From assembly GCA_965261595.1 (NCBI GenBank), contig CBDHDG010000003.1, positions 1 to 64,000 on the forward strand: a DNA stretch of 64,000 nt, given 5' to 3'. Under the pieces are notes generated by a model. It had not been told where the DNA came from and made no database searches. It saw nothing but the letters and a program-made list of their open reading frames with translations. Of the stretch, positions 8,459 through 17,785 are shown in pieces (the stretch's first letter is position 1; every line of letters begins with the position of its first letter). Made by a program: the position numbers and the translations under genes. This stretch comes from a bacterium (lineage in GTDB: Bacteria > UBA8248 > JACPRG01 > G963555815).

Positions 8459-11374
8459 ATGGTCGCCTCGATCGGCGTTGTCTCGGCCCCGTCCCAGGGC
8501 GCGGGCTACTACGAGCGGGACGGCTACTACGCGAAGGACGACCCGGCCCACAGGGAAGCGAGCGCCTGGGCCGGCAAGGGCGCGGAGGATCACGGCCTCT
8601 CCGGCCCGGTCGATCCGGACCTCTTCCGGGCGGTGCTGGAGGGCAAGGCGCCCGACGGCTCCGGACAACAGCTCGGACGCAGGGGGCCCGATGGGGCCCT
8701 GGAGCACCGGCCCGGGCGGGATCTCACCTTCTCCGCCCCCAAGTCCGTCTCCCTCGCCGCGCTCGTCGGCGGCGACAAGCGCATCGTCGAGGCCCATGAC
8801 CGGGCCGTGAAGCGCGCCCTCGACTGGGTCGAGAGGAACGTCGCCGAGACCCGCATGAAGGACCCGGAGACCGGACGTATGGTAAAGAAGGGCGATCAGA
8901 AGATGATCGCCGCCACCTTTCGCCACGACGCCTCGCGCAATCTCGATCCCCTGCTTCATACCCATTCGGTGATCGCCAACATGGTGCAGGGCGCGGACGG
9001 CAAGTGGCGGACCATGTCCAACGAGAAGCTCTATGCCTCGAAGATGCTGATCGGCGCCATGTACCGAAGCGAACTGGCGCGCAATCTGGGCAGGCTCGGC
9101 TACGGGATCGAGAAGACCCATGCTGACGGGCGATTCGAGATCGCGGGCGTTCCCCGCGAGGTGATCGAGACGTTCTCGACACGGCGGGCGGAGATCGAGG
9201 CGGCCATGGCCGAACGGGGCGTGGACACACCGGCAAAGAACCAGCGCCTCGCCCAGCGGGCGGCGCTCATGACCCGGGCCCGCAAGCGGGACGTGGACAA
9301 GGCCGAGTTGCGGGGGATCTGGGAGAAGCAGGCCGCCCATCTCGGGTTCGACGCAAAGGCCCTTGCGGCCGAAGCGATCTCGAAGGGCGCCGTATCGCGG
9401 GACGCCGGCCGGGAAGGCGCCGGTGCGGCTCGCGAGACGTCTCGGGACCGGCGGCTGGCCGGGGAAGCCGTGGAATGGGCCGTGGCGCATCTCGCCGAGC
9501 GCGAGGCGGTGTTCTCACGCGCCGATCTGCTCGCCGGCGCGCTCGCCTGGGACCCCGGCGCGGTGGCCATGCCGGAGGCGGAACGGGAAGTGGGCAGGCT
9601 GGAGAAGGCCGGAACGCTGCACGCGGCGAGCCTGCCAGGGGCAAAGGACATGCTCACCACGAGCAGGGCCGTGGCCGACGAGCGGGAAACGATCGCCCTG
9701 GTGGAGGCCGGCCAGGGACGGGAAGCGGTCCCGATGCGCGCCCGGGCCGTGGACAAGGCCCTCAGAAAGGGTCCGCTGACACAAGGCCAGCGGGACGCCG
9801 TCAAACTCATCCTGTCGGACAGGGACCGCGTTATCGGCGTGCAGGGCTATGCCGGGACCGGCAAGACCACCATGCTGAGCCGCGCCCGCGCGCTCCTCAA
9901 GAAGCGGGGCTACGAGGTCAAGGGCCTCGCGCCCTCGGCCTCGGCCGCGCGGACCCTGGAAACGGAGGCCGGGATCAAGAGCGAGACCCTGCAACGCTTC
10001 CTTGCCAGCAACGCCGGGGTGGGCGAGGGACGGCTGACGAAGAAGGGCGAGAGGGAGATGCGAGCCGCTTATCGGAAGACCGTGCTGGTGGTGGACGAGG
10101 GATCCCTCGCCTCCACGGTCCAAGCCCGCAACCTCCTGAGGATCGCCAACACCTTGCGCCTTCCCCGGGTCGTGCTGGTGGGCGATGCGAAGCAGCTCGA
10201 CGCGGTGGATGCAGGCAAGCCGTTCGCGCAATTGCAGCAAGCCGGCATGAAGACGGCGACCATGGAGGAGATCATGCGCCAGCGCGACCCCGACCTGAAA
10301 GCCGCGGTCGAGGCGAGCCTCGCGGGCAACGTTAGGAAAGCCTTCGAGAAGCTCGGCTCCAACGTGGCGGAGGTGAAGCCCGACAATCTCGCCGGCGCGG
10401 CCGCCGCACGGTGGCTCAGGATCTCGCCGGAAGCGCGCGCCAGGGCCGGACTGATGGCGCCGAGCCATACGCTTCGGGAGGAGATCAACGCCATCGTCCG
10501 CGATCGCCTGGTCCGCGACGGCATGGTCCATGGCCCGGCCATGAAGTCCGGGCGACTGGTCTCCCACGGCTTCACTCATGCCGAGAAGTCGCTCGCGGCC
10601 AACTACGGCCCGGGCGACGTGGTGGCGTTCCACCGCCCCTACAAGCGTCTCGGCGTCGAGAAGGGCGACGAGTTGCGCGTGGCCGGGGTCGATCACGAGG
10701 CACGCGCGGTTAGGCTTGAAGGCAAGGACGGGCAATCCGTCCTCTGGGAGCCCGGCCGTCTCGCGGCGCGGAGCGGCGGGGTCGAGGTCTACAAGGTCGA
10801 GCAGTTGGAGTTGCGCCAGGGCGACCGCATCCGCTGGACCCGCAACGACGCGGGGCTCGGTCTGGTCAACAGCCAGACCGCCGAGGTCGCGAGCGTGAAG
10901 GACGGCCGCGTGACCTTCCGTCTGGAGGACGGGCGCATGCTCGACATGAAGGCGGGCGATCCGCAACTGCGCCATATCGATCGCGCCTGGGCCTCGACCG
11001 TGCATGCGTTCCAGGGCCGGACGGTGGACACGGTCATCGCCGCGATGGAGGCGAACCACCCCAATCTCACCAATCAGAAGACGCTTTACGTGGAGATCAG
11101 CCGGGCCCGGGACCGGGCGGAACTGGTGACCGACGATGCCAAAGCGTTGCGGGAAAGGCTGGAGGCCGCGACGGGTGAGCGCATCGCGGCGCTCGAAGCG
11201 GTCGCGCCGGAGAAAGCGAAGACGCCGGAAGCCCGACTGGAGGTGACCCACAGTCTCGACAGGGAGGGTGCCGCGCGGGAGTCCAAGGGGCCGAACACGC
11301 CGGAGCGGGTGTCCGGACCGGAGGCGGAAAAGGCCCGCGCACCGAAGAGCGTCGATCGCGATCTCGGGCTGTAA
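8459..11374 (+). CDS. traI: MOBF relaxase-helicase TraI/TrwC
   Basis: YYERDGYY tyrosines, DLTFSAPKSVS, HDASRNLDPLLHTH HUH motif, helicase GYAGTGKTT, VVDEGS, HAFQGRTVD. Confidence 0.96.
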   Translation: MVASIGVVSAPSQGAGYYERDGYYAKDDPAHREASAWAGKGAEDHGLSGPVDPDLFRAVLEGKAPDGSGQQLGRRGPDGALEHRPGRDLTFSAPKSVSLAALVGGDKRIVEAHDRAVKRALDWVERNVAETRMKDPETGRMVKKGDQKMIAATFRHDASRNLDPLLHTHSVIANMVQGADGKWRTMSNEKLYASKMLIGAMYRSELARNLGRLGYGIEKTHADGRFEIAGVPREVIETFSTRRAEIEAAMAERGVDTPAKNQRLAQRAALMTRARKRDVDKAELRGIWEKQAAHLGFDAKALAAEAISKGAVSRDAGREGAGAARETSRDRRLAGEAVEWAVAHLAEREAVFSRADLLAGALAWDPGAVAMPEAEREVGRLEKAGTLHAASLPGAKDMLTTSRAVADERETIALVEAGQGREAVPMRARAVDKALRKGPLTQGQRDAVKLILSDRDRVIGVQGYAGTGKTTMLSRARALLKKRGYEVKGLAPSASAARTLETEAGIKSETLQRFLASNAGVGEGRLTKKGEREMRAAYRKTVLVVDEGSLASTVQARNLLRIANTLRLPRVVLVGDAKQLDAVDAGKPFAQLQQAGMKTATMEEIMRQRDPDLKAAVEASLAGNVRKAFEKLGSNVAEVKPDNLAGAAAARWLRISPEARARAGLMAPSHTLREEINAIVRDRLVRDGMVHGPAMKSGRLVSHGFTHAEKSLAANYGPGDVVAFHRPYKRLGVEKGDELRVAGVDHEARAVRLEGKDGQSVLWEPGRLAARSGGVEVYKVEQLELRQGDRIRWTRNDAGLGLVNSQTAEVASVKDGRVTFRLEDGRMLDMKAGDPQLRHIDRAWASTVHAFQGRTVDTVIAAMEANHPNLTNQKTLYVEISRARDRAELVTDDAKALRERLEAATGERIAALEAVAPEKAKTPEARLEVTHSLDREGAARESKGPNTPERVSGPEAEKARAPKSVDRDLGL

Positions 11375-11457
11375 TGCATGACCGCCGGATCGGGCGGCGG
11401 CGACTTCCCGGTCCCGCGGATGAACGTCGGACGCCGCCTGCCGGGAAAAGCCGACTC

Positions 11458-11486
11458 TTGACCTTCATCGCCACCGGAGCTAGATT
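11458..11486 (+). promoter_or_regulatory. sigma70-type promoter upstream of the NYN gene
   Basis: TTGACC (11458-11463), 17-nt spacer, TAGATT (11481-11486). Confidence 0.65.
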
Positions 11487-11521
11487 GTCAGGAATACCCC
11501 CTGCGGTTTCGAGCGCAGGGC

Positions 11522-11552
11522 GCGGGGCCTCTTCGGAGGCCCTTGCTTTTTT
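11522..11552 (+). terminator. Intrinsic terminator-like hairpin between the promoter and the NYN start
   Basis: GGGCCTC-TTCG-GAGGCCC stem-loop followed by TTGCTTTTTT. Confidence 0.7.
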
Positions 11553-11563
11553 GGCGGGAATCG

Positions 11564-12187
11564 ATGCGCACTTTCGTCTATGTCGACGGGTTCAATCTCT
11601 ATTACGGGGCGCTCAAGGAATCTTCCTGGAAATGGCTGGACCTGCTCGCCCTGTTCGAGAAGGTGCTGCAGCCCCATCACGATATTCTGGCGATCAAGTA
11701 CTTCACGGCAAGGGTGTCGGGCACGTCCGGCGATCCGTCCAAACCCCAGAGGCAGGACGTGTATCTCCGCGCCCTGCGGCATTATCGGCCCCGGGTGGAA
11801 ATCTACTTCGGCCACTTCCTCAGCCACAAGGTCTGGGCGCCGCTTGCGCAACCGCTTGGGAGCCAGCGCATGGCGGAGGTGATCAGGACCGAAGAGAAAG
11901 GCTCGGACGTCAATCTCGCCGTGCATCTGCTGAATGACGGGTGGATGAACGCCTACGATTGCGCTGTGGTCGTCTCCAACGACAGCGACATCGCCGAAGC
12001 GATGCGCCTGGTGAGACAGCATCATGCTAAGCGGATCGGCCTGATAACGCCGGGAACCGGCCGTCCATCCCGCCAGCTGATGGCGCATGCGGACTTTTCA
12101 AGGCATATCAGGGACAACGCCCTGCGGCGTTCGCAACTCCCGAATCCGATCCCCGGTGCCAATATACGGAAACCTTCGCACTGGTAG
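11564..12187 (+). CDS. NYN (LabA/PIN-like) domain RNase
   Basis: VYVDGFNLYYG, IKYFTA, EEKGSDVNLA, VVSNDSD acidic motifs all intact. Confidence 0.9.
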   Translation: MRTFVYVDGFNLYYGALKESSWKWLDLLALFEKVLQPHHDILAIKYFTARVSGTSGDPSKPQRQDVYLRALRHYRPRVEIYFGHFLSHKVWAPLAQPLGSQRMAEVIRTEEKGSDVNLAVHLLNDGWMNAYDCAVVVSNDSDIAEAMRLVRQHHAKRIGLITPGTGRPSRQLMAHADFSRHIRDNALRRSQLPNPIPGANIRKPSHW

Positions 12188-12349
12188 CATGACTTCCGAA
12201 GCGTGGCCGTGGACGCCGGCGCCGGAAACGGAGATAGCGAGCGCTCTGTAACACATCAGGCACAATCCGGGACTGTAGGCGCGCGACTCCGGGGACTCGT
12301 AAGGCTCGTTCCCGGAGTCGCCGTTACAGTCCGGCCGCTCCGCGAAGAC

Positions 12350-12860
12350 CCGCTCGGCAAACGCCGTCCACCCCTTCCGGTCGAACCCGAGCCGGGCATT
12401 CATGCCGTCGCAGAAATCCGCCGCGCTCGAAGCCGTGGGTGTTCGCGTCGTGCCGAGCGCGACGGGGAGCTGTGGGGCACGATCCGGGCCATCCACGAGG
12501 GCTCTCGTGGCACCTACGCGAGGCGCCTCGGGTGCATGCCGAGCTGGTGGCCCAGGGATGTCGGGTGAGTCGCAAACGGGTGGCTCGTCTGATGCGTGAG
12601 GCGGGCTTGGCCCGGGTGAGCCGACGCCGAGGCACGGGCACCACGCGGGTGGACCCGAGTCATCGTGCGGTCCCGGACCAGGTCGAACGCCAGTTCCAGG
12701 CCGATGCGCCGGATCGCATCTGGGTGGCCGACATCACCTACGTGCCGACTTGGGCCGGGTTCGTGTACCTAGCCATGGTGCTCGACGTGTTCAGCCGCCG
12801 GGTGGTGGGATGGTCGATGGCCCACCCTCTTCGTACCCAACTGGTGCTCGGGGCGCTCAA
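12350..12860 (+). pseudogene. Degenerate IS3-family orfB fragment, related to the element at 46473-47883
   Basis: RKRVARLMREAGL...WVADITYVPTWAGFVYLA..LDVFSRRVVGW; frameshifted and truncated. Confidence 0.85.
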
Positions 12861-12861
12861 C

Positions 12862-13170
12862 AGGTCACCGAGACCCCCTTCAGCTTCAGTTGCTGGCTCA
12901 GGCGCACTCCCCCCACATGGGATGCTCCAGGGATAAGGCCAGGATCTGCTCCATCACCTCGGGGGGCATGGTGAAGGGATGGGAGAAATGAATCGGGGGC
13001 AGGTCTTTGAGGCCCTCCCCCCCGTGGGTCTGAAAGCGGCGCTTGTACTCGTAGAACTGGCTGCGGCTCATGCCCCGTCGCGGTAGGCCTCCGATACGTT
13101 GCCCAGGGCCTCGGCCAGTTGCAGGGCGCTGAGTCGATGCTTCACAACCTTCTTCTCTGCCGTTGTTATG
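12862..13170 (-). pseudogene. IS481-family transposase N-terminal remnant
   Basis: Manual translation with a frameshift: TTAEKKVVKHRLSALQLAEALGNVSEA / RGMSRSQFYEYKRRFQTHG.EGLKDLPP. Confidence 0.75.
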
Positions 13171-13322
13171 GCTCCTCCCGCTCTGTCATTCGGGGGTTCT
13201 CCTTCCCCCTTTGAAAGATATCATCTGTTCGGATACAGCCGTAAGGACGTTCTTTTCAGCCGTAAAACTCCGCTATCCTATTGATATTATTTGGGAATAT
13301 ACATTGCTCCCCATCTTGCTCT

Positions 13323-13390
13323 GAACCAGCCTTCTACAGTCTGTAATCAAAATGAAAGCGGATTCGTTAAAACGCCCGCGCATCCGGGCG
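13323..13390. repeat. Diverged direct repeat, copy 1 (copy 2 at 16481-16548)
   Basis: 59/68 identical without gaps by manual alignment; looser similarity extends about 65 bp upstream. Confidence 0.8.
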
Positions 13391-13401
13391 AGCCCCTGAC
13401 G

Positions 13402-13636
13402 GTAAGCATTCAGTCGTGGGGTGATAGATCGGACTACAGCATCGGCTGGGTCTAGCTTGACAGCGGGTGCACGGACATGATGACCAAGTAGAGAATCTTG
13501 GCCGTGTACCGCAACCGCTTGACTCTCCTGCCGCCATCGAATTGCGAAAGCACTGGGTCGGGGCGACCACGTTCGGACAGGACAACGGACCGCTGCTGGC
13601 CCCGGCGCCATCATCACCCCACGACTGAATGCTTAC
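13402..13636. mobile_element. 235-bp IS66-type MITE / internally deleted IS
   Basis: Perfect 24-bp terminal IR GTAAGCATTCAGTCGTGGGGTGAT; 8-bp flanks CCCTGACG / CCCTGGCG; no transposase. Confidence 0.85.
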
Positions 13637-13683
13637 CCCTGGCGGACCGTTGTACCTTCACCCTAATATAAAAAGGGTCATGC

Positions 13684-14305
13684 CTAGCTGATGGGATTTT
13701 CTCGCAGGTAGGTTAACAGGGTTTTGTATTTGTTGAAATGGCGATAATTGTAGCGCCACTCGGTTTCTTTGAGATGGAGGTGGAAGGTGTGTTTGGGCAG
13801 GCCCTTGAATTTTGCCAGCCGAATCTTGGTCAGTCCCCAGAAGACTTCGATGCCGTTGGTGTGGACGGCACCGCAAGTGAACTCATCAAAGCAATGGTCG
13901 ACCCGGAAGTGGCCGTATCCGAGCTCGACCAAGCCGTTGTAGCCACGCCAGTTGTCCGAGTTGACGACGGTGTTCAGGTCCACCTTGCCGCGGATGATCC
14001 CTTGCAGTGTGGGCTTTGAGCAATCCGAGACGATCTCCGTATAGACCTGTCCCTCACGTTCGAAGATACCAAAGACGGTCGTTTTGCCATAGGCTCCACG
14101 CCCGCGCCTGCCCTTCACGCGGCGAGCGCCGAAGAGACTTTCGTCTACCTCGACCACACCGAACAGAGGGCGTTGCGCCTCACAAGCTAGCAGGATGCGT
14201 TCCCGCAGAGCGCGGTATAGACGGTTCACCGTGTTCCGGTTCAATCCGCTCAACTCGGCCGCCTGGACAGCGGTGAGATCTGCGGCGAAATACCGAACAG
14301 CTTCA
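13684..14305 (-). pseudogene. IS1595-family transposase, 5'-truncated
   Basis: VEVDESLFG...RGRGAYGKTTVFGI...VNSDNWRGY...HTNGIEVFW...LKETEWRYN; N-terminus replaced by unrelated sequence. Confidence 0.88.
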
Positions 14306-14312
14306 CGTCCCT

Positions 14313-14838
14313 TTACTTCGAGAAGAAGTGCCCAACCGGCCTCCAGGGCACGCCGCCCAACCTCGACGTGCTGGTCGAGCGTGCGGACCGCGTTGTCGCA
14401 ATCGAGTCGAAATGCACGGAGTATCTCTCGTCGCACACCGCACGGTTTTCAGCGTCCTACGAGACAAGGATCCGCGACGCACGTCGTGAGAGCGGTTGGT
14501 TTCACGAGATGCTGCGGCTGATTAAGGCACCTCAAGCTTACCGCTGCGTGGACGCAGCCCAACTCATCAAGCACGCGCTCGGCCTGATGCATTGCTATCC
14601 CAATCGCCGGCTGACGTTGCTCTATCTCTACTGGGAACCTCAGAACGCTAGCGATTACCCGGTCTTCGAAGAGCATCGCAGCGAGACTGCCGCGTTCGCC
14701 GAACGGATCGCCGGACCTCACCTGGCTCTTGAGGCGATGACCTACAACGACCTCTGGTCATCCTGGGACGAGACGGCACCGCAGTGGGTGGGCACACATC
14801 TCCGAGACCTCCGCTCCCGATACGCCGTCACGATTTGA
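14313..14838 (+). pseudogene. PGN_0703-like PD-(D/E)XK restriction endonuclease, C-terminal fragment
   Basis: FEKKCPTGLQGTPPNLDVL...AIESKCTEY...DAAQLIKHALGL...LLYLYWEP; abuts the truncated IS1595. Confidence 0.7.
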
Positions 14839-14924
14839 AGCGGTACTACGTGCGGCCGCCGCACACACATCACCGACACGCCGCCATCCCCGAGACCGAT
14901 CCCGCGCCCGTAGCGGACACGGGC

Positions 14925-14963
14925 GACCGCCATAAACTGTCCACCGAAATCGGGGTAGCTCCA
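14925..14963 (+). mobile_element. Isolated IS3-family right-end remnant
   Basis: TAAACTGTCCACCGAAATCGGGGTAGCTCCA resembles the IRR of the 46473-47883 element. Confidence 0.65.
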
Positions 14964-14968
14964 CTGCG

Positions 14969-15592
14969 TCAACTTTGCAAATAAGCGTTAATTCCGGTGA
15001 TCGCCTGGGCCGCTGCGTCATGAAGAGGGTTGACATCGATACCGGCGGCTCGGATCGGCACGAGTTCTTCCTTGCTCAAAACGTAGTTTTCCCAAGAATC
15101 CTCGGTGATCCAATCGTCGCCAAGCCCTAGCTCACTCGACCTTCCTTCGTTGTGTGCGCCATAGACAGCAAGCGTCAGGCGGACTGTCTCATGATCGGCA
15201 TATGTACCGAGATCAAACTTGAAATCCATGCCGGCTATTTCGAAGGTGCCGCCGCCGAACCAGCCTTCGTTCCAAATCGTATAGGGATCGAAACCCTCGT
15301 ATTCGTTCCACTTATGCGTCTCGGCGACCGACAGTTCGCGTATTCCTCCGCTGAAGTCGCATTTTTCCAAGGCCGGCTGCCAGATTTCCCTCCAGAGATC
15401 ATAAAGAAAAATCGCGAATTCGCACCGCACCTGATGGGCCGACAGTACCGCCTTGTGGAACGCTGGTAGATCGTTCCAGCCGAAATCGGCGGGAAGCGTC
15501 AGACGCTTGGAGTGGAGGAGATGATCCACCGCCGTCCTTACCGCGGGGTCAGTCGCGTAGGTCCGGTAGCTTTCGGGCATTTCGAAAGGCAT
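14969..15592 (-). CDS. Hypothetical protein
   Basis: About 207-aa ORF with a GGAGA RBS; immediately downstream of the PD-(D/E)XK gene. Confidence 0.65.
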   Translation of the reverse strand: MPFEMPESYRTYATDPAVRTAVDHLLHSKRLTLPADFGWNDLPAFHKAVLSAHQVRCEFAIFLYDLWREIWQPALEKCDFSGGIRELSVAETHKWNEYEGFDPYTIWNEGWFGGGTFEIAGMDFKFDLGTYADHETVRLTLAVYGAHNEGRSSELGLGDDWITEDSWENYVLSKEELVPIRAAGIDVNPLHDAAAQAITGINAYLQS

Positions 15593-15635
15593 GGGCGTGT
15601 TCTCCGATAGGATTGGCGAGGGCAGGGCAGAAGCG

Positions 15636-16382
15636 TCAGGCAGCGCGATCCCAAAGGGTGCGGCGGAACTGGCGGAATGCATCGTCGTGGTCGTCGCCGT
15701 CCAGGGCGCGGTCATACGCGAGCAGCAGGTCGCGCCACGCTATCCAGCGCCACCGGCGGTTGCGTCCGAGCGCCTTGAGCGTGTCAGGACGAAGCCGCGG
15801 TGAAACCACGATGAGCAGGCTCCGTTCCTCCTCGACCTTTAATTTTCGAAGATATTCACGATATGCGGGCAACTGACCGCTGGTAACTTGATGGTCGAAC
15901 TTGGCCTCGACAATGGCGGCGTGAGGTCGACTCGACGAATCCTTCCATTTGATCAGGAGGTCTATGCGCCGGTTGCCTCCGGCGGGCTCTTCCGCCGTCA
16001 CCCGGGCCTCGTTCATGCCCTCGCTCAGATCGGCGTCCAATGCGGTCAACAGCGCGCGGGTTCGCGCGAGCCGCGTGGTTCGCCCGGGGACCGTGAGAAA
16101 ATGAGCGAGGCCTTGGGTGATCTGGGGCTCGGTGAACCTCGCCCAGGTTATCGGCTCGGCGTGAAACAGGTGATGCGCGAGGTCCGTCCCGAAAACGCTG
16201 TCCAAGGCCGGAAGCGCAAGGGACCAGTCCGGCCGCGTCCCGAACGTGAGGGTGCCACTTCTGACTGTCCACGTCAGGGAGCCGGACAACATCCCGCCAA
16301 CGTGGCGCAATTCGACGGAGTCGAATTGCAGGCTGGGAAAATCGAGCAGTCTCCAGTCCGATGATGGTTCGGCAACGGGCAT
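15636..16382 (-). CDS. PD-(D/E)XK nuclease-family protein
   Basis: VTAEE...RRIDLLI...AIVEAKF...GQLPAY motif set. Confidence 0.78.
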   Translation of the reverse strand: MPVAEPSSDWRLLDFPSLQFDSVELRHVGGMLSGSLTWTVRSGTLTFGTRPDWSLALPALDSVFGTDLAHHLFHAEPITWARFTEPQITQGLAHFLTVPGRTTRLARTRALLTALDADLSEGMNEARVTAEEPAGGNRRIDLLIKWKDSSSRPHAAIVEAKFDHQVTSGQLPAYREYLRKLKVEEERSLLIVVSPRLRPDTLKALGRNRRWRWIAWRDLLLAYDRALDGDDHDDAFRQFRRTLWDRAA

Positions 16383-16480
16383 TCTTGCCTCAGGTGCATC
16401 GAGCCGTTTTCATTCGGCCGTGAAACCCTATTATACTATTGATGTTATTGGATAATGCATACTTCATCTGCTCCCGCAAG

Positions 16481-16548
16481 GAACCTGCCTTCTGCAGTCC
16501 GTAATCAAAATTAAAGCGGATTCATTAAAAACCCTGCGCATCCCGGCG
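16481..16548. repeat. Diverged direct repeat, copy 2
   Basis: Matches 13323-13390 at 59/68 positions. Confidence 0.8.
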
Positions 16549-16655
16549 GGTTCCAGTCGGCTTATTCTTCAGCCTATGTGGACGCCCCCGTTATGCAAGC
16601 ATGTCGTGTGAGCGATTCAGGGTCTGCGGTCAGGCGCAATTAAATATAAAGGGCA

Positions 16656-17510
16656 TTATAAAGGTTTTGACACCAATTGGGTGAGTTGTTGGACCACCAG
16701 GGGAAAGAGATCCTGGTGGCGGTGATTGTAGCGGAATTCCATCTCCTTCAGGTAGAGGGGGAACCGCTCTTTGGACACGCCATGATGTTTGATGAGCCTC
16801 TGCTTGGCGTAGGCCCAAAAGCCTTCCAGGCCGTTGATGTGCACTTTGCCCCGACTGAAGCGCCGATCATGATCCACCCGCAGGTGGCGATAGCCGCAGA
16901 ACATCAGGGCGTCATAGACCTGGTAGCGGTCGGTGTAGACCACGCTGCCCCGACGGACCCGCTTGAGGGTGGAGGCCAAGAGGGTCTGGGCCTTGACATT
17001 GCCGACCGCCTCCACCTTCACCCGGCCACCCCGCTCCAAAATACCGAAAACAGGGACTTTACCCGCTGCGCCTCGGCCTCTCTTCCCCTTGCGCCTGCCC
17101 CCGAAGTAGGCCTCGTCCGCCTCCACCTCCCCTCGAAGAAGCTCCTGTCCCCCCGGCGTTCCGGCCACAAGATTGCGCCTGAGCGTCGTCACAGCCCTGA
17201 GCGCCGTCGGATAGCTCACGGCGAGTTGCTGGGCCATCTTGCGGGCCGAGACCTCCAGCTCAAAGAGCTTCACCACCCAAAGCCACTGCCGGGCCGAGAG
17301 GCGAAGCTGGCCCAGCCAGCGGCCCGTGAACGGCCCGAAGGTGTACCGACACCCAGCGCAGCGAAAGCGCCCTTTCGTGCCCAGAACGTAGCATTTTCGA
17401 CCCTCACAACGAGGGCAGATTTTACGCCCGTTTTTCTGACACGCCCTGAGCAAATGGCGTCTCGCTGTAACCTCCGTTTTTACAAGCCTTTCAAAGCTCT
17501 TTACGTCCAC
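16656..17510 (-). mobile_element. IS1595-family transposase (Zn-ribbon + DDE), element about 16663-17538
   Basis: CPRC..CAGC ribbon, VEADEAYFGG, VYTDRY, HINGLEGFW, LKEMEFRYN; imperfect IRs around TGACACC. Confidence 0.9.
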
Positions 17511-17785
17511 GACACCAGCCTAATCCGGTGTCATAGCTTTTACAATCCCCAATATAAATGATAATTTGAGACAGACAAACGGCCTCCAGACCGTTCAAGA
17601 AGACAATCAACGCCATTGCAACACGGCTTGGGAACCGTATCTCCGTCATCGTATGGCGTCGATGCTGAAGCACTGGCCGTGTCGAGGGTGACTGCGGCCA
17701 CCCGGCCCGCAAGTTGGTGAACCGCCGCGGGAGATGGGCTCGCGACCTAAGGTCGCGAAACGAGCAAGCTCATCACCAATCTCGA

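Noticed and set aside
12272..12330. Hairpin GCGACTCCGGG...CCCGGAGTCGC downstream of the NYN gene
   Set aside because: Single stem with no U-tract or second copy; no function can be assigned.
16575..16630. ATGTGGACGCCCCC...TGCAAG resembling an IS1111-type end
   Set aside because: Too short and no associated transposase.
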